Below are positions 9,364 to 17,455 of a DNA stretch of 44,273 bases, in pieces; the first letter of the stretch is position 1; each line of letters starts with the position of its first letter. The notes under the pieces are model-generated. The model had not been told where the DNA came from and searched no databases. It saw only the letters and a list, made by a program, of their open reading frames with translations. Source of the DNA: a virus (lineage: Duplodnaviria; Caudoviricetes); the IMG/VR virus record IMGVR_UViG_3300019754_000008, positions 1 through 44,273 of that record; one strand, 5' to 3'. The position numbers and the translations under genes were made by a program.

Positions 9364-9666
9364 GTGTATACGCCAAAGTTTAAGCCAGATGATATTATAC
9401 TAACTGGTAAAAGAGTAAGATTAGTAAATGGAATAACTTATATAGCAAATCAGCCATGTTATGTATTTGGTAATGTACATGGCTTTTGCGAAAGAGTAGA
9501 CAAAACTAGTAGATTATCAGGATGTGGAATAAATATAGATAAGTCAGACAATGACCATTTAGAGTGGTTATATTGGAGGTTTATTAATGTACATAATGAG
9601 AACCCTAATGTAGACTACATGAAAAGGTTTAATAAGATACTAGAGAAAAATAAGGCTGCAAAATGA
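9364..9666 (+). CDS. Hypothetical protein
   Basis: Likely GTG start at 9364 after AAGGAG. Confidence 0.65.
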   Translation: MYTPKFKPDDIILTGKRVRLVNGITYIANQPCYVFGNVHGFCERVDKTSRLSGCGINIDKSDNDHLEWLYWRFINVHNENPNVDYMKRFNKILEKNKAAK

Positions 9667-9740
9667 GTATATTAACATACAAATGTATAATTATTTATAG
9701 TACTACAAAATAAAATTAAATTTATTGATTTTATTTTATT

Positions 9741-9761
9741 TTAAAGATATTATGATATAAT
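9741..9761 (+). promoter_or_regulatory. Extended -10 promoter (TATGATATAAT)
   Basis: Conserved motif in an AT-rich gap. Confidence 0.8.
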
Positions 9762-9873
9762 ATATCATCTAAAAAGAGATGATATATAAATCATCTTAAC
9801 TTAGGTCAAGCACTTGGGAAGGTGCCTAAACTATCACATCACTGTGCAAGCTAAGCACACAAAGGATAAAAAA

Positions 9874-10338
9874 ATGGCAACAAAAAAAGAAATCTTTAAT
9901 CAAGCAATGGCTTTATGTAAAGAACACAAAGCACCAGAAAGTTTGGTTAATGCAATTACTGCAATCCTAGAGCCTAAAAAAGGTGGGCAAGTTGTAGACA
10001 TTGAGTCTATTGTTAAGAGAAATGAGAAGAACGAAATCGTTCAAATTAAATGCAGATTGTCTGGTAAATTCTTACCTGCTGACTCTGATAATTTCTTCAC
10101 TGACAAGAACTCAAAAATCAATGGTTTATACCCTGTATCTAAAATGGCTGACAAGCTTAGAAAAGCTGCAGTTGCTGCATTTAAAGCATCTAAAGAAGCA
10201 ATAACTATGGATGTTCTTGATGGAAAAATTGCTCCTGCTGCTGGTAAAGCTAAACTTGCTGAGCTACAGAAAAGTGTTGATACTATAGATTATTCTACTG
10301 TTAAGCCTTATGTTGCTCCAGCTCCTGAAGCTAAGTAA
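9874..10338 (+). CDS. Conserved basic protein (paralogue of 41786-42217)
   Basis: Start at ATG 9874 after AAGGA; LCKEHKA..LEPKKGG motif. Confidence 0.8.
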   Translation: MATKKEIFNQAMALCKEHKAPESLVNAITAILEPKKGGQVVDIESIVKRNEKNEIVQIKCRLSGKFLPADSDNFFTDKNSKINGLYPVSKMADKLRKAAVAAFKASKEAITMDVLDGKIAPAAGKAKLAELQKSVDTIDYSTVKPYVAPAPEAK

Positions 10339-10346
10339 TAACACTC

Positions 10347-10368
10347 TGCTCTAGCTTATGCTAGAGCA
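10347..10368 (+). other. Intergenic hairpin TGCTCTAGC-TTAT-GCTAGAGCA
   Basis: Perfect 9-bp stem, no U-tract. Confidence 0.6.
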
Positions 10369-10398
10369 TACAAACTGAAACGAAATGAAGGAAATGAT

Positions 10399-11055
10399 AT
10401 GAAATATAAAACTGAACCTAGAGAGTTAATCTACACATACATCTCAGGAAAAGGTGCTCCTAAATTTGGAGTAGAGTATACAAACGAAGACCCATCTAAG
10501 TTTGATTTTAAAGCATCACAAGTTTTAACTGCTGAAGAAGCTAAGCCAGTACAAAAAATCATTAAAGATTTTTGGGCTGAAAATAAAGATAAATATAGTG
10601 GTAAGAAGTTAAGTGGTACATTCTTGTCAGAAGAAATGAAAGTTACTGAAGATAAAGATGAATATGGTGAGCCTATAAAAATGGCTACTGGTAACTATGT
10701 ATTAACTGCATCTACTAATGCTGCATTTAAAAACGACAAAGGTGAGACTAACTTAAACTCTATTGGTATTTATACTAGTAAAGGTGTTAAGTTAGCTGCC
10801 CCACACCCTCTAGTAGTAGGTGAGGTTGGTGTTGGAGAAGGGTCTAAAGGTATTATCCACGGCGATATAGCTGTTACTACTTTCGAGAGTAAAGCTTATG
10901 TTAAACTATACCTTAAGGGTGTACAATTTACTAAGTTTGTTGCAAGAGAGTTATCAGGTGTTGATGCTGAAGAGCTTGATGTAGAAGAAGATGATGGTTT
11001 AGGTGGTGATGGCTTGGATGTAACTGATGCATCTGGTGAAGGCCCTAACCTATAG
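10399..11055 (+). CDS. Single-stranded DNA-binding protein (T7 gp2.5-like)
   Basis: Lies upstream of the polymerase; 'VKLYLKGVQF' strand; very acidic C-terminal tail. Confidence 0.75.
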   Translation: MKYKTEPRELIYTYISGKGAPKFGVEYTNEDPSKFDFKASQVLTAEEAKPVQKIIKDFWAENKDKYSGKKLSGTFLSEEMKVTEDKDEYGEPIKMATGNYVLTASTNAAFKNDKGETNLNSIGIYTSKGVKLAAPHPLVVGEVGVGEGSKGIIHGDIAVTTFESKAYVKLYLKGVQFTKFVARELSGVDAEELDVEEDDGLGGDGLDVTDASGEGPNL

Positions 11056-11102
11056 GTGTAGCCATTAGCTACCAACAGATATTAGCACTCTGTTGATTGA
11101 GT

Positions 11103-11139
11103 AAAAGGCACATACTATTTATTTAGTATGTGCCTTTTT
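11103..11139 (+). terminator. Rho-independent terminator
   Basis: AAAAGGCACATACTA-6nt-TAGTATGTGCCTTTTT. Confidence 0.85.
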
Positions 11140-11183
11140 ATTAATTAAATATTTAAAAGATAATTACATTACAAAGGTAACAA

Positions 11184-12950
11184 ATGAAAGTACAAATAGT
11201 AACTGATATTGAAGAAATACAGATATCTACCGACCTGCCAACTTTCTGTGATATAGAAACACAATGGCTATACATGAACACAAGGCTAATACAATTTTAT
11301 CAGCCATTAACTTCTGACATATGTTATATACTTGACCTTGCTCCAATAGGGCATGACCATTTAACATATGACGAAAGAGTTGCAGCTGCTGGGCAATTTG
11401 TTAAGTCTTTACATACTGTATGGTATAATGCATCTTACGATTTAGGTACACTAAATGTAGTGCCATCTAAAGTAGATGATTTATTTTATGCTGTTAAAAC
11501 TGCATACCCTGAGTTTCAAGAATACAGCTTAGATAAAGTAGTAACTAAATTGGGATATGGTGCTTATTACGATGGGCTTGATAAAAAGAAATTACAGAAA
11601 CAAGGCTTTGTGTTAGGAGCATATCTTAGTGATGCACAAATAAGATATTCAGCAATTGATGTTCTTGTTTTATCTAAGATGTGGGAAAATGAAAGAATAC
11701 AAAAAGTAATTAAAAATAACTTAGCTTATAAAGTAGATGTTCTATCACTAAGGTATGCAGTCAGATATCAACAAAATGGGCTTGAAGTAGACTTAAAAGC
11801 TAGAGTGCCTTTACTTAGTGAAGCAGAGAATAAAGTAAAAGCTTTAACTTCTGAATTGCCTGATGGGTTTAATCCAAATTCGTATAAACAAGTTAGAGAG
11901 TACTTAGATACAGATAAATCTGCACATGATGATTTAGTAGAGTATAGTTTATCTAGTAGACCTTTAGCTGCAAAAGCAAAAGTTATAATTGATGTTAAAA
12001 GAGCAAAAAAAGAAGCTAGTTACTTAGAGAGTATAAACTTTCCAAGAATGTATACTAGGTTTAATGCTGCTGGTGCTGCAACAGGTAGATTTACAGCTAG
12101 TGGTGGAGATATGATAGATGGGTTTAACTCACAACAAATACCAAGACAATTTCAAGGGTTGTTTAAACATAGTACAGATGATACTGTAGTTGTAGGATTA
12201 GATTATAGCACTCTAGAGTTAAGAATAGCTTGTGCTATATTTGGTGAGCCAACTATGTATAAGCAATTAATTAATGGAGAAGACTTACACACTGCTATGG
12301 CTATGGATGTATCAGGTAAAAAGTTACACCCTGATGGTGTACTTGGCTCTGAAGGCTCACTAGAAATAGAAGCAGGAGAGTTTGTAACTAAAAACGATAG
12401 GACAAAAGCTAAAGGCATTAACTTTGGGTTTGTTTTTGGCATGAGTGCAAATACTTTCCAAGGCTATGCATACACTGGGTATGGAGTTAAGTTTACTACA
12501 GAAGAATGTGTAAAACTTAGAAATAAGTATTTTACAAAATATCCTAGATTTAAAGCATATCATAATAAAGTATGGGAAGAGTACCAAAAGCCAGGTTTTT
12601 ACTATGAGACAGCTTTAGGCAGAAGAACAAAACCTAGATTAGGTACTGACGGTATTAATGGACCAGTACAAGGAACAGGTGGAGAAACTACTAAATTAGC
12701 TGTGCATTTTTTAATTAAAAATGACTGTGAAAGACTTGGACTAAATTATGTTACAGAGTGGGAGCAATGTGAAGTTATTAAATATATTTTTAATGTGGTG
12801 CATGATGCTATATACCTTAGAGTACCTAAAGAAGATGGGTATAATGTATGGTCTGAAAGACTATCTAAGGCTATGGTAAAAGGTTGGGAAGAAATCTCTA
12901 AAAGTAAAATGTTTCATTACAGAGACATTCCAATGCCAGTAGGGGTATAA
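11184..12950 (+). CDS. polA: Family A DNA polymerase with 3'-5' exonuclease
   Basis: Exo I DIET, Exo II YNASYD, Exo III YSAID; TGRF; motif A DYSTLELR; motif B RTKAKGINFG; motif C VHDA. Confidence 0.95.
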   Translation: MKVQIVTDIEEIQISTDLPTFCDIETQWLYMNTRLIQFYQPLTSDICYILDLAPIGHDHLTYDERVAAAGQFVKSLHTVWYNASYDLGTLNVVPSKVDDLFYAVKTAYPEFQEYSLDKVVTKLGYGAYYDGLDKKKLQKQGFVLGAYLSDAQIRYSAIDVLVLSKMWENERIQKVIKNNLAYKVDVLSLRYAVRYQQNGLEVDLKARVPLLSEAENKVKALTSELPDGFNPNSYKQVREYLDTDKSAHDDLVEYSLSSRPLAAKAKVIIDVKRAKKEASYLESINFPRMYTRFNAAGAATGRFTASGGDMIDGFNSQQIPRQFQGLFKHSTDDTVVVGLDYSTLELRIACAIFGEPTMYKQLINGEDLHTAMAMDVSGKKLHPDGVLGSEGSLEIEAGEFVTKNDRTKAKGINFGFVFGMSANTFQGYAYTGYGVKFTTEECVKLRNKYFTKYPRFKAYHNKVWEEYQKPGFYYETALGRRTKPRLGTDGINGPVQGTGGETTKLAVHFLIKNDCERLGLNYVTEWEQCEVIKYIFNVVHDAIYLRVPKEDGYNVWSERLSKAMVKGWEEISKSKMFHYRDIPMPVGV

Positions 12951-12951
12951 T

Positions 12952-13962
12952 ATGATAGTGCAAAAATTAGATTTAGCTACAATAGCTATAATAGATAAAG
13001 TTAAGCCTTCAACTATTGATTTACATGATAGCGAAGTTTCAGAGTTTGTAAAGCAAGTGCCTTACTATATTAGAGAGATTAATTATATGGGCAATAACCC
13101 TGATGTTATGGACTTATTATATGCTCAGTATGTTTTACTTGGCTCAACAATGTTAGATGCTGATACTGGAATTGTAAGCTTTGTTAGACCTAAGTATAGT
13201 ATTGATTTAGATATAACTACTAAATGTAATTTAGCTTGTCCAAATTGTAATAAGCTGTCTAACTTTAAGAGTACTTGGAAAACTGTAGATATTCCTTATG
13301 TTAAAAACTTTATACAGCAAAATGAGCATAGAGGTGAAGAACTATTAGTTAAGATTTTAGGCGGTGAGCCAACTCTTCACAAAGATATACAAGAGATTAT
13401 TGCTCTATTGGTTGAAGCAAAGTTTAAAGTTATAATGCTAACTAATGGGATAAAAGAGTTTACTCCTTGTTTACCTATAGGTATAGAAAACTCTAGTAAA
13501 GAGAAGGGCACTCTACCTGATTTTCATACTACTATGGTTGCTCCTAAAGACTTAGAATGCTTTGCTGGTGTAGACTATAGTGTTGGTTGTACTAATGCAT
13601 CTCTATGCGGATATGGCAATAAAGACGGTAAATACTATCCTTGCCCAACAGGAGGCTACATTAACGAGCATATTAGTGCTGAGTATGGTATTCCTGACTT
13701 TGGTAGAGCTTCATTAGAGAGAGCTGAAATGAATAGGCCTGAAGCATTTAAAACACTTTGTCAATATTGTGGATTGTTTAAAAAGCTAGGTTATCACAAT
13801 GTAGACAAGAAACAGTTTAGCAGAACAACAGAACAAGAATTTAGTAAGTCTTGGGAATTCTTTAGGCTAAAGCATGTTAAAGGTGCATCAGAGCATGATG
13901 CTCAGCTTAAAGAAGACTTAGCAGATTATGCTGCTGAAGTTATGAACGGTATAAAAGGATAA
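12952..13962 (+). CDS. Radical SAM enzyme with C-terminal SPASM/twitch-like Cys domain
   Basis: CNLACPNC (CX3CX2C), GGEP, LTNG; C-terminal CTNASLC..YYPC..CQYC. Confidence 0.9.
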   Translation: MIVQKLDLATIAIIDKVKPSTIDLHDSEVSEFVKQVPYYIREINYMGNNPDVMDLLYAQYVLLGSTMLDADTGIVSFVRPKYSIDLDITTKCNLACPNCNKLSNFKSTWKTVDIPYVKNFIQQNEHRGEELLVKILGGEPTLHKDIQEIIALLVEAKFKVIMLTNGIKEFTPCLPIGIENSSKEKGTLPDFHTTMVAPKDLECFAGVDYSVGCTNASLCGYGNKDGKYYPCPTGGYINEHISAEYGIPDFGRASLERAEMNRPEAFKTLCQYCGLFKKLGYHNVDKKQFSRTTEQEFSKSWEFFRLKHVKGASEHDAQLKEDLADYAAEVMNGIKG

Positions 13963-13965
13963 CTA

Positions 13966-14880
13966 ATGGATATTGAAATAGTAGATATAGACCTAGATGG
14001 TAAAGGTGAGTTAGCTACCCCTAAAAATGATAAGATAGCTTTAATAGATGCAGACACTATTGCATACGCATCTTGTTCAGTACTTGAGGAAGAGCATGAT
14101 GTTCTTCCTGAGTCAATGTTATCAGAAGAAGAGCTTATAGCTATAAACAATGACCCTACATTATTTACTGACAAAAATGGGTGTAAGTTTACATACTCTA
14201 TAAACTTAGAGAGTGCATTTCAGCATAGCATGGATAAGATAAACTATATACTTGAGCAAACAGGATGTCAAAAATTTGAGCTACACTTTACTGGTGGCAG
14301 AGATAACTTTAGATTTAAAGTTTATGAGATGTACAAAAGTAATAGAGTTGGTGAGTTTCTAAGAAGCCCTGCTGGATTAAAAGACCTAAAGCAAATGTTT
14401 GTAGATAAAGGTATGGGAGAGATACACACAGAGTGGGAGGCAGATGATGCTGTTGTAGCAAAGAAGAGATTTGCTCCTGATAAGTACATACTATGTGCTG
14501 TTGATAAAGATGTTATATACTCTGTGCCTGGCACTCACTGGAATTACTACTCTAGTGATAAATACAATATACCTATGAAATGGGTTGAGGTAGATTTACT
14601 TACTGCACAAAAACATCATTATCACCAAACTATTACAGGTGACTCAGGAGATAATGTACCAGGTATACATGGTGTAGGTAAAGTAGGTGCTAATAAAATT
14701 CTTAAAGGCTTGACTTCACATATGGATATGTGGGAAGCTGTTGTAGCTAAGTATGAAGAGAAAGGCTTAACTATTATTGATGCTATTACTACTATGAGAT
14801 TAGTTAGTATGCACCAAGTTACATATAATGACAAAGATGGGTATGTGCTTAATCTTTGGAAACCTTTGAAAGGATTGTAA
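13966..14880 (+). CDS. 5'-3' exonuclease (T7 gp6/FEN family)
   Basis: IDADT, YKSNR, EADD, DKD, GDSGDNVPGIHGVG (helix-3-turn-helix). Confidence 0.92.
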   Translation: MDIEIVDIDLDGKGELATPKNDKIALIDADTIAYASCSVLEEEHDVLPESMLSEEELIAINNDPTLFTDKNGCKFTYSINLESAFQHSMDKINYILEQTGCQKFELHFTGGRDNFRFKVYEMYKSNRVGEFLRSPAGLKDLKQMFVDKGMGEIHTEWEADDAVVAKKRFAPDKYILCAVDKDVIYSVPGTHWNYYSSDKYNIPMKWVEVDLLTAQKHHYHQTITGDSGDNVPGIHGVGKVGANKILKGLTSHMDMWEAVVAKYEEKGLTIIDAITTMRLVSMHQVTYNDKDGYVLNLWKPLKGL

Positions 14881-15615
14881 ATGAAAATATTAGTAACTTC
14901 ACTAACTAACCATCGTATTGATGTGCAGTTAGTTAAATGGTTTTGTATTGGCTTGCAAGAATTAGGCATAGAGTACACTACAGATATAGAAGATGATGAC
15001 TGCCTACACTGCATTATGTTTAACGGACTAAGCACAGAAAGTAGCTTAAGTAAGTTAGCTTTTATAGCAGATAGAATGCCAGTACTATATATGTATGATG
15101 ACTGTGATATGCCTATACCTAGTGAAGTAAAACTAGTAGCTAGCCAATTTACAAATGCAGGAGATATATACTTTCCTATAGCTGAGTTAGCTGTGTTAGA
15201 TGACTTGTGGGAAACCCCAATAAACGAAACTAAGCACTTCAATACTTTCTATGGCGGAACATACAAAAGTAGACGAGATTACTCTGTGCTTGTAAATAAC
15301 CCTAATACTTTATTAGTAGGTAATGATAAAGGTTGGGATAAGTGGGATGGTACAACAAGACTTCCTACTATTAAGGATATGAACCTACTATATCATATTA
15401 TGGCTATGTGCAGGCAAACTTTAATTGTTCATGATAAAGCACACGATAATATTAATATGCCACTAAGAGCCTTTGAAGGTGTATTTACAGACACTGATAT
15501 AGTATGGTATGGCGATACTATTATTACACCAAAACAAATGAAAGTATTATATACTAAAGAGAAAACACTAAGATTAATAAAGGAGTTAGTATGCAACATG
15601 CAACAACAAATGTAA
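14881..15615 (+). CDS. bgt: T4 beta-glucosyltransferase-like GT-B glycosyltransferase (compact)
   Basis: Collinear matches to T4 BGT as recalled: YMYDD~YLFTD, VASQ~VISQ, YFPI~YFPI, YGGTYKSRR~YGGSFRSGQR, IVHDK..PLRAFE~IIGDK..TLRVWE. Confidence 0.8.
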   Translation: MKILVTSLTNHRIDVQLVKWFCIGLQELGIEYTTDIEDDDCLHCIMFNGLSTESSLSKLAFIADRMPVLYMYDDCDMPIPSEVKLVASQFTNAGDIYFPIAELAVLDDLWETPINETKHFNTFYGGTYKSRRDYSVLVNNPNTLLVGNDKGWDKWDGTTRLPTIKDMNLLYHIMAMCRQTLIVHDKAHDNINMPLRAFEGVFTDTDIVWYGDTIITPKQMKVLYTKEKTLRLIKELVCNMQQQM

Positions 15616-15875
15616 AAGATGTGTTAAAGCATAGAGGTAGAGATTATGGTAAGTACTCAACTGGAGTAGAACAAAGAGCAGTTATTATGGATGCATTAAA
15701 TACATTACATAAAGGCACTCATAGAAACAAACCGCTGCCAGAAGATATTAGAGTTATCTTTAGTGATATAGTATTAAAGATGATGCGTTTATCTTGTAAC
15801 CCTGAGCATGTAGATAGTTGGATAGATTTAGTAGGCTATACTACATTGGCTAAAGAAATGAAGGTAGGTAAATGA
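15591..15875 (+). CDS. DUF6378-like small helical protein (nucleotide-modification associated)
   Basis: RGxxYG...LKMMR...DSWIDLVGY pattern. Confidence 0.7.
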   Translation: MQHATTNVKDVLKHRGRDYGKYSTGVEQRAVIMDALNTLHKGTHRNKPLPEDIRVIFSDIVLKMMRLSCNPEHVDSWIDLVGYTTLAKEMKVGK

Positions 15876-16510
15876 AAGTAGAAGATATAAGAGAAGAGTT
15901 TCTTCGTATGTATGATGAAGCTGAGTTTAATGAAAGTGGCCTACTAGAAATAGTAGGTGCTTCATTTGAAGCTGATGAAGATAGTATCTTTGGTACAGTA
16001 AGTGAGGATTACATTACTAGAGAGATTGAATGGTATAATACTACAATGCTTAATGTTCATCATATGAAAGGCAAAGTTCCAAAGACTTGGCTTAGTACAG
16101 CAAATAGCTTAGGTGAAGTAAATAGTAACTATGGGTGGTGCATATTCTCAAAAGAGAATGGCTATCAGTATTTAAATGTATTACAAAAGCTACAAAATAA
16201 ACTAAACACTAAAAGAGCTTGTATGATATACACTAGGCCATCAATGCACAATGATGCTGTGCATAAAGGTATGAATGATTTTATATGCACTAATGCTGTT
16301 ACTTATAGTGTTAGTGATAATAAACTAAACTGTGTTGTGCAAATGAGAAGTAATGATGTTGTATATGGTTACAAGAATGACTTAGCTTGGCAAAAATATG
16401 TTTTGGGCATGCTTGCTGACTCACTAGGTATAGAAACTGGTAATATTATATGGCAGGCAGCTTCTTTGCACATATATAAAAATCATTTTAAATTATTAAG
16501 AAATGATTAA
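15872..16510 (+). CDS. dCMP hydroxymethylase (T4 gp42-like, thymidylate synthase superfamily)
   Basis: EIVGASFEADE, REIEWY, NSNYGW, MIYTRPSM, DFICTN (catalytic Cys), MRSND, NDLAW (Asp, dCMP-specific), SLHIY. Confidence 0.92.
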   Translation: MKVEDIREEFLRMYDEAEFNESGLLEIVGASFEADEDSIFGTVSEDYITREIEWYNTTMLNVHHMKGKVPKTWLSTANSLGEVNSNYGWCIFSKENGYQYLNVLQKLQNKLNTKRACMIYTRPSMHNDAVHKGMNDFICTNAVTYSVSDNKLNCVVQMRSNDVVYGYKNDLAWQKYVLGMLADSLGIETGNIIWQAASLHIYKNHFKLLRND

Positions 16511-16511
16511 G

Positions 16512-16541
16512 ATTATTATATCATTTCTATGATATAATAAT
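16512..16541. promoter_or_regulatory. 13-bp perfect inverted repeat forming back-to-back extended -10 boxes
   Basis: ATTATTATATCAT-TTCT-ATGATATAATAAT. Confidence 0.75.
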
Positions 16542-16689
16542 ATAATAATATATGAGATACATATATAGTGTACACTCAATTGACACAGTGTTATTTTAAA
16601 TTAATTCTAATATGATTATTCAAATAAGAGAATAAAGTGCCTTAGAATTAATTTATTTATTTAAGATTAAATTAATAAAAGGAGTAAGT

Positions 16690-16932
16690 ATGGTACACAT
16701 ACATGAGTACATACAAGAGGTATTAGAAAGAGAGTGCATAAAGGCTAAAGACCTTGCAAATGAGTTAAATATTACTGCAGCTATGGTAGGGCAGTATAAA
16801 CTAAATAGAGGGTATAACCCTAGCTTAAATGTAGCTAAACTAATATACCTTAGAGATGGTGTAGTATTACACCCATATAGTGAAGAGAGTTTAAAATGGG
16901 AGATTACAAATGAACACATTAGCAGAATTTGA
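16690..16932 (+). CDS. XRE-family helix-turn-helix regulator
   Basis: KAKDLANELNITAAMVGQY...PSL. Confidence 0.8.
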   Translation: MVHIHEYIQEVLERECIKAKDLANELNITAAMVGQYKLNRGYNPSLNVAKLIYLRDGVVLHPYSEESLKWEITNEHISRI

Positions 16933-17455
16933 AACTAAAGTAATTAAGTGGTCTACTGATAGAGGCATAATTAAAAATAGCTCTTTAGCTGCTCAAGGCC
17001 TTAAGTTAGGAAGTGAGTTTGGTGAGTTATGCGATAATATAGCAAAAGGCACAGACATTAAAGATGATATTGGCGATTGCTTAGTAGTATTAACTAATTT
17101 AGCTAAAATGCATGGAACTACATTAACTGAATGTGCTAATGTAGCATGGAATGATATTAAAGACCGTAAAGGCTTCTTAAACAAAGAAGGTGTATTTATA
17201 AAAGATACTGATAAAGCTTATAAGCAAGCAGTGATTGATTTTGAAGAACCTGTAATAGTTAATATAGAGTGTGCAAGTTTACCTACTGCATATAACACTA
17301 TATACAGGATAGCATGTAGCTTAGAAAATTATACTGTATCTGTTATAGAATTTACTCCTTACACTGAACAAGCTGCTGCAGAAATAAATAAGTATCAAGG
17401 AAGAACTATTAAACAGTATGCAACACACTTATCTACTCACGGAGAAGTATCATGA
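16910..17455 (+). CDS. MazG-like NTP pyrophosphohydrolase with C-terminal extension (candidate dCTPase)
   Basis: WSTDRG..KLGSEFGEL..DDIGDCLVVL..AWNDIKDRKG. Confidence 0.85.
   Translation: MNTLAEFETKVIKWSTDRGIIKNSSLAAQGLKLGSEFGELCDNIAKGTDIKDDIGDCLVVLTNLAKMHGTTLTECANVAWNDIKDRKGFLNKEGVFIKDTDKAYKQAVIDFEEPVIVNIECASLPTAYNTIYRIACSLENYTVSVIEFTPYTEQAAAEINKYQGRTIKQYATHLSTHGEVS

Noticed and set aside
12952-13962. Radical SAM as QueE (7-deazaguanine pathway) or NrdG
   Set aside because: No folE, queD, queC, dpdA or nrdD in the genome; it has an auxiliary Cys domain and cytosine-pathway neighbours
14622-15242. 206-aa antisense ORF and the other opposite-strand or nested ORFs in the track (e.g. 1690, 7744, 12203, 22442, 31289, 33825, 35616, 37330, 43000)
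   Set aside because: They shadow well-supported genes, lack RBSs and have Ser/Leu/Phe-rich antisense composition
15872-16510. Ordinary thymidylate synthase ThyA
   Set aside because: Asp rather than Asn at the specificity position, and gp42-specific motifs (GASFEADE, NSNYGW, YTRPSM)
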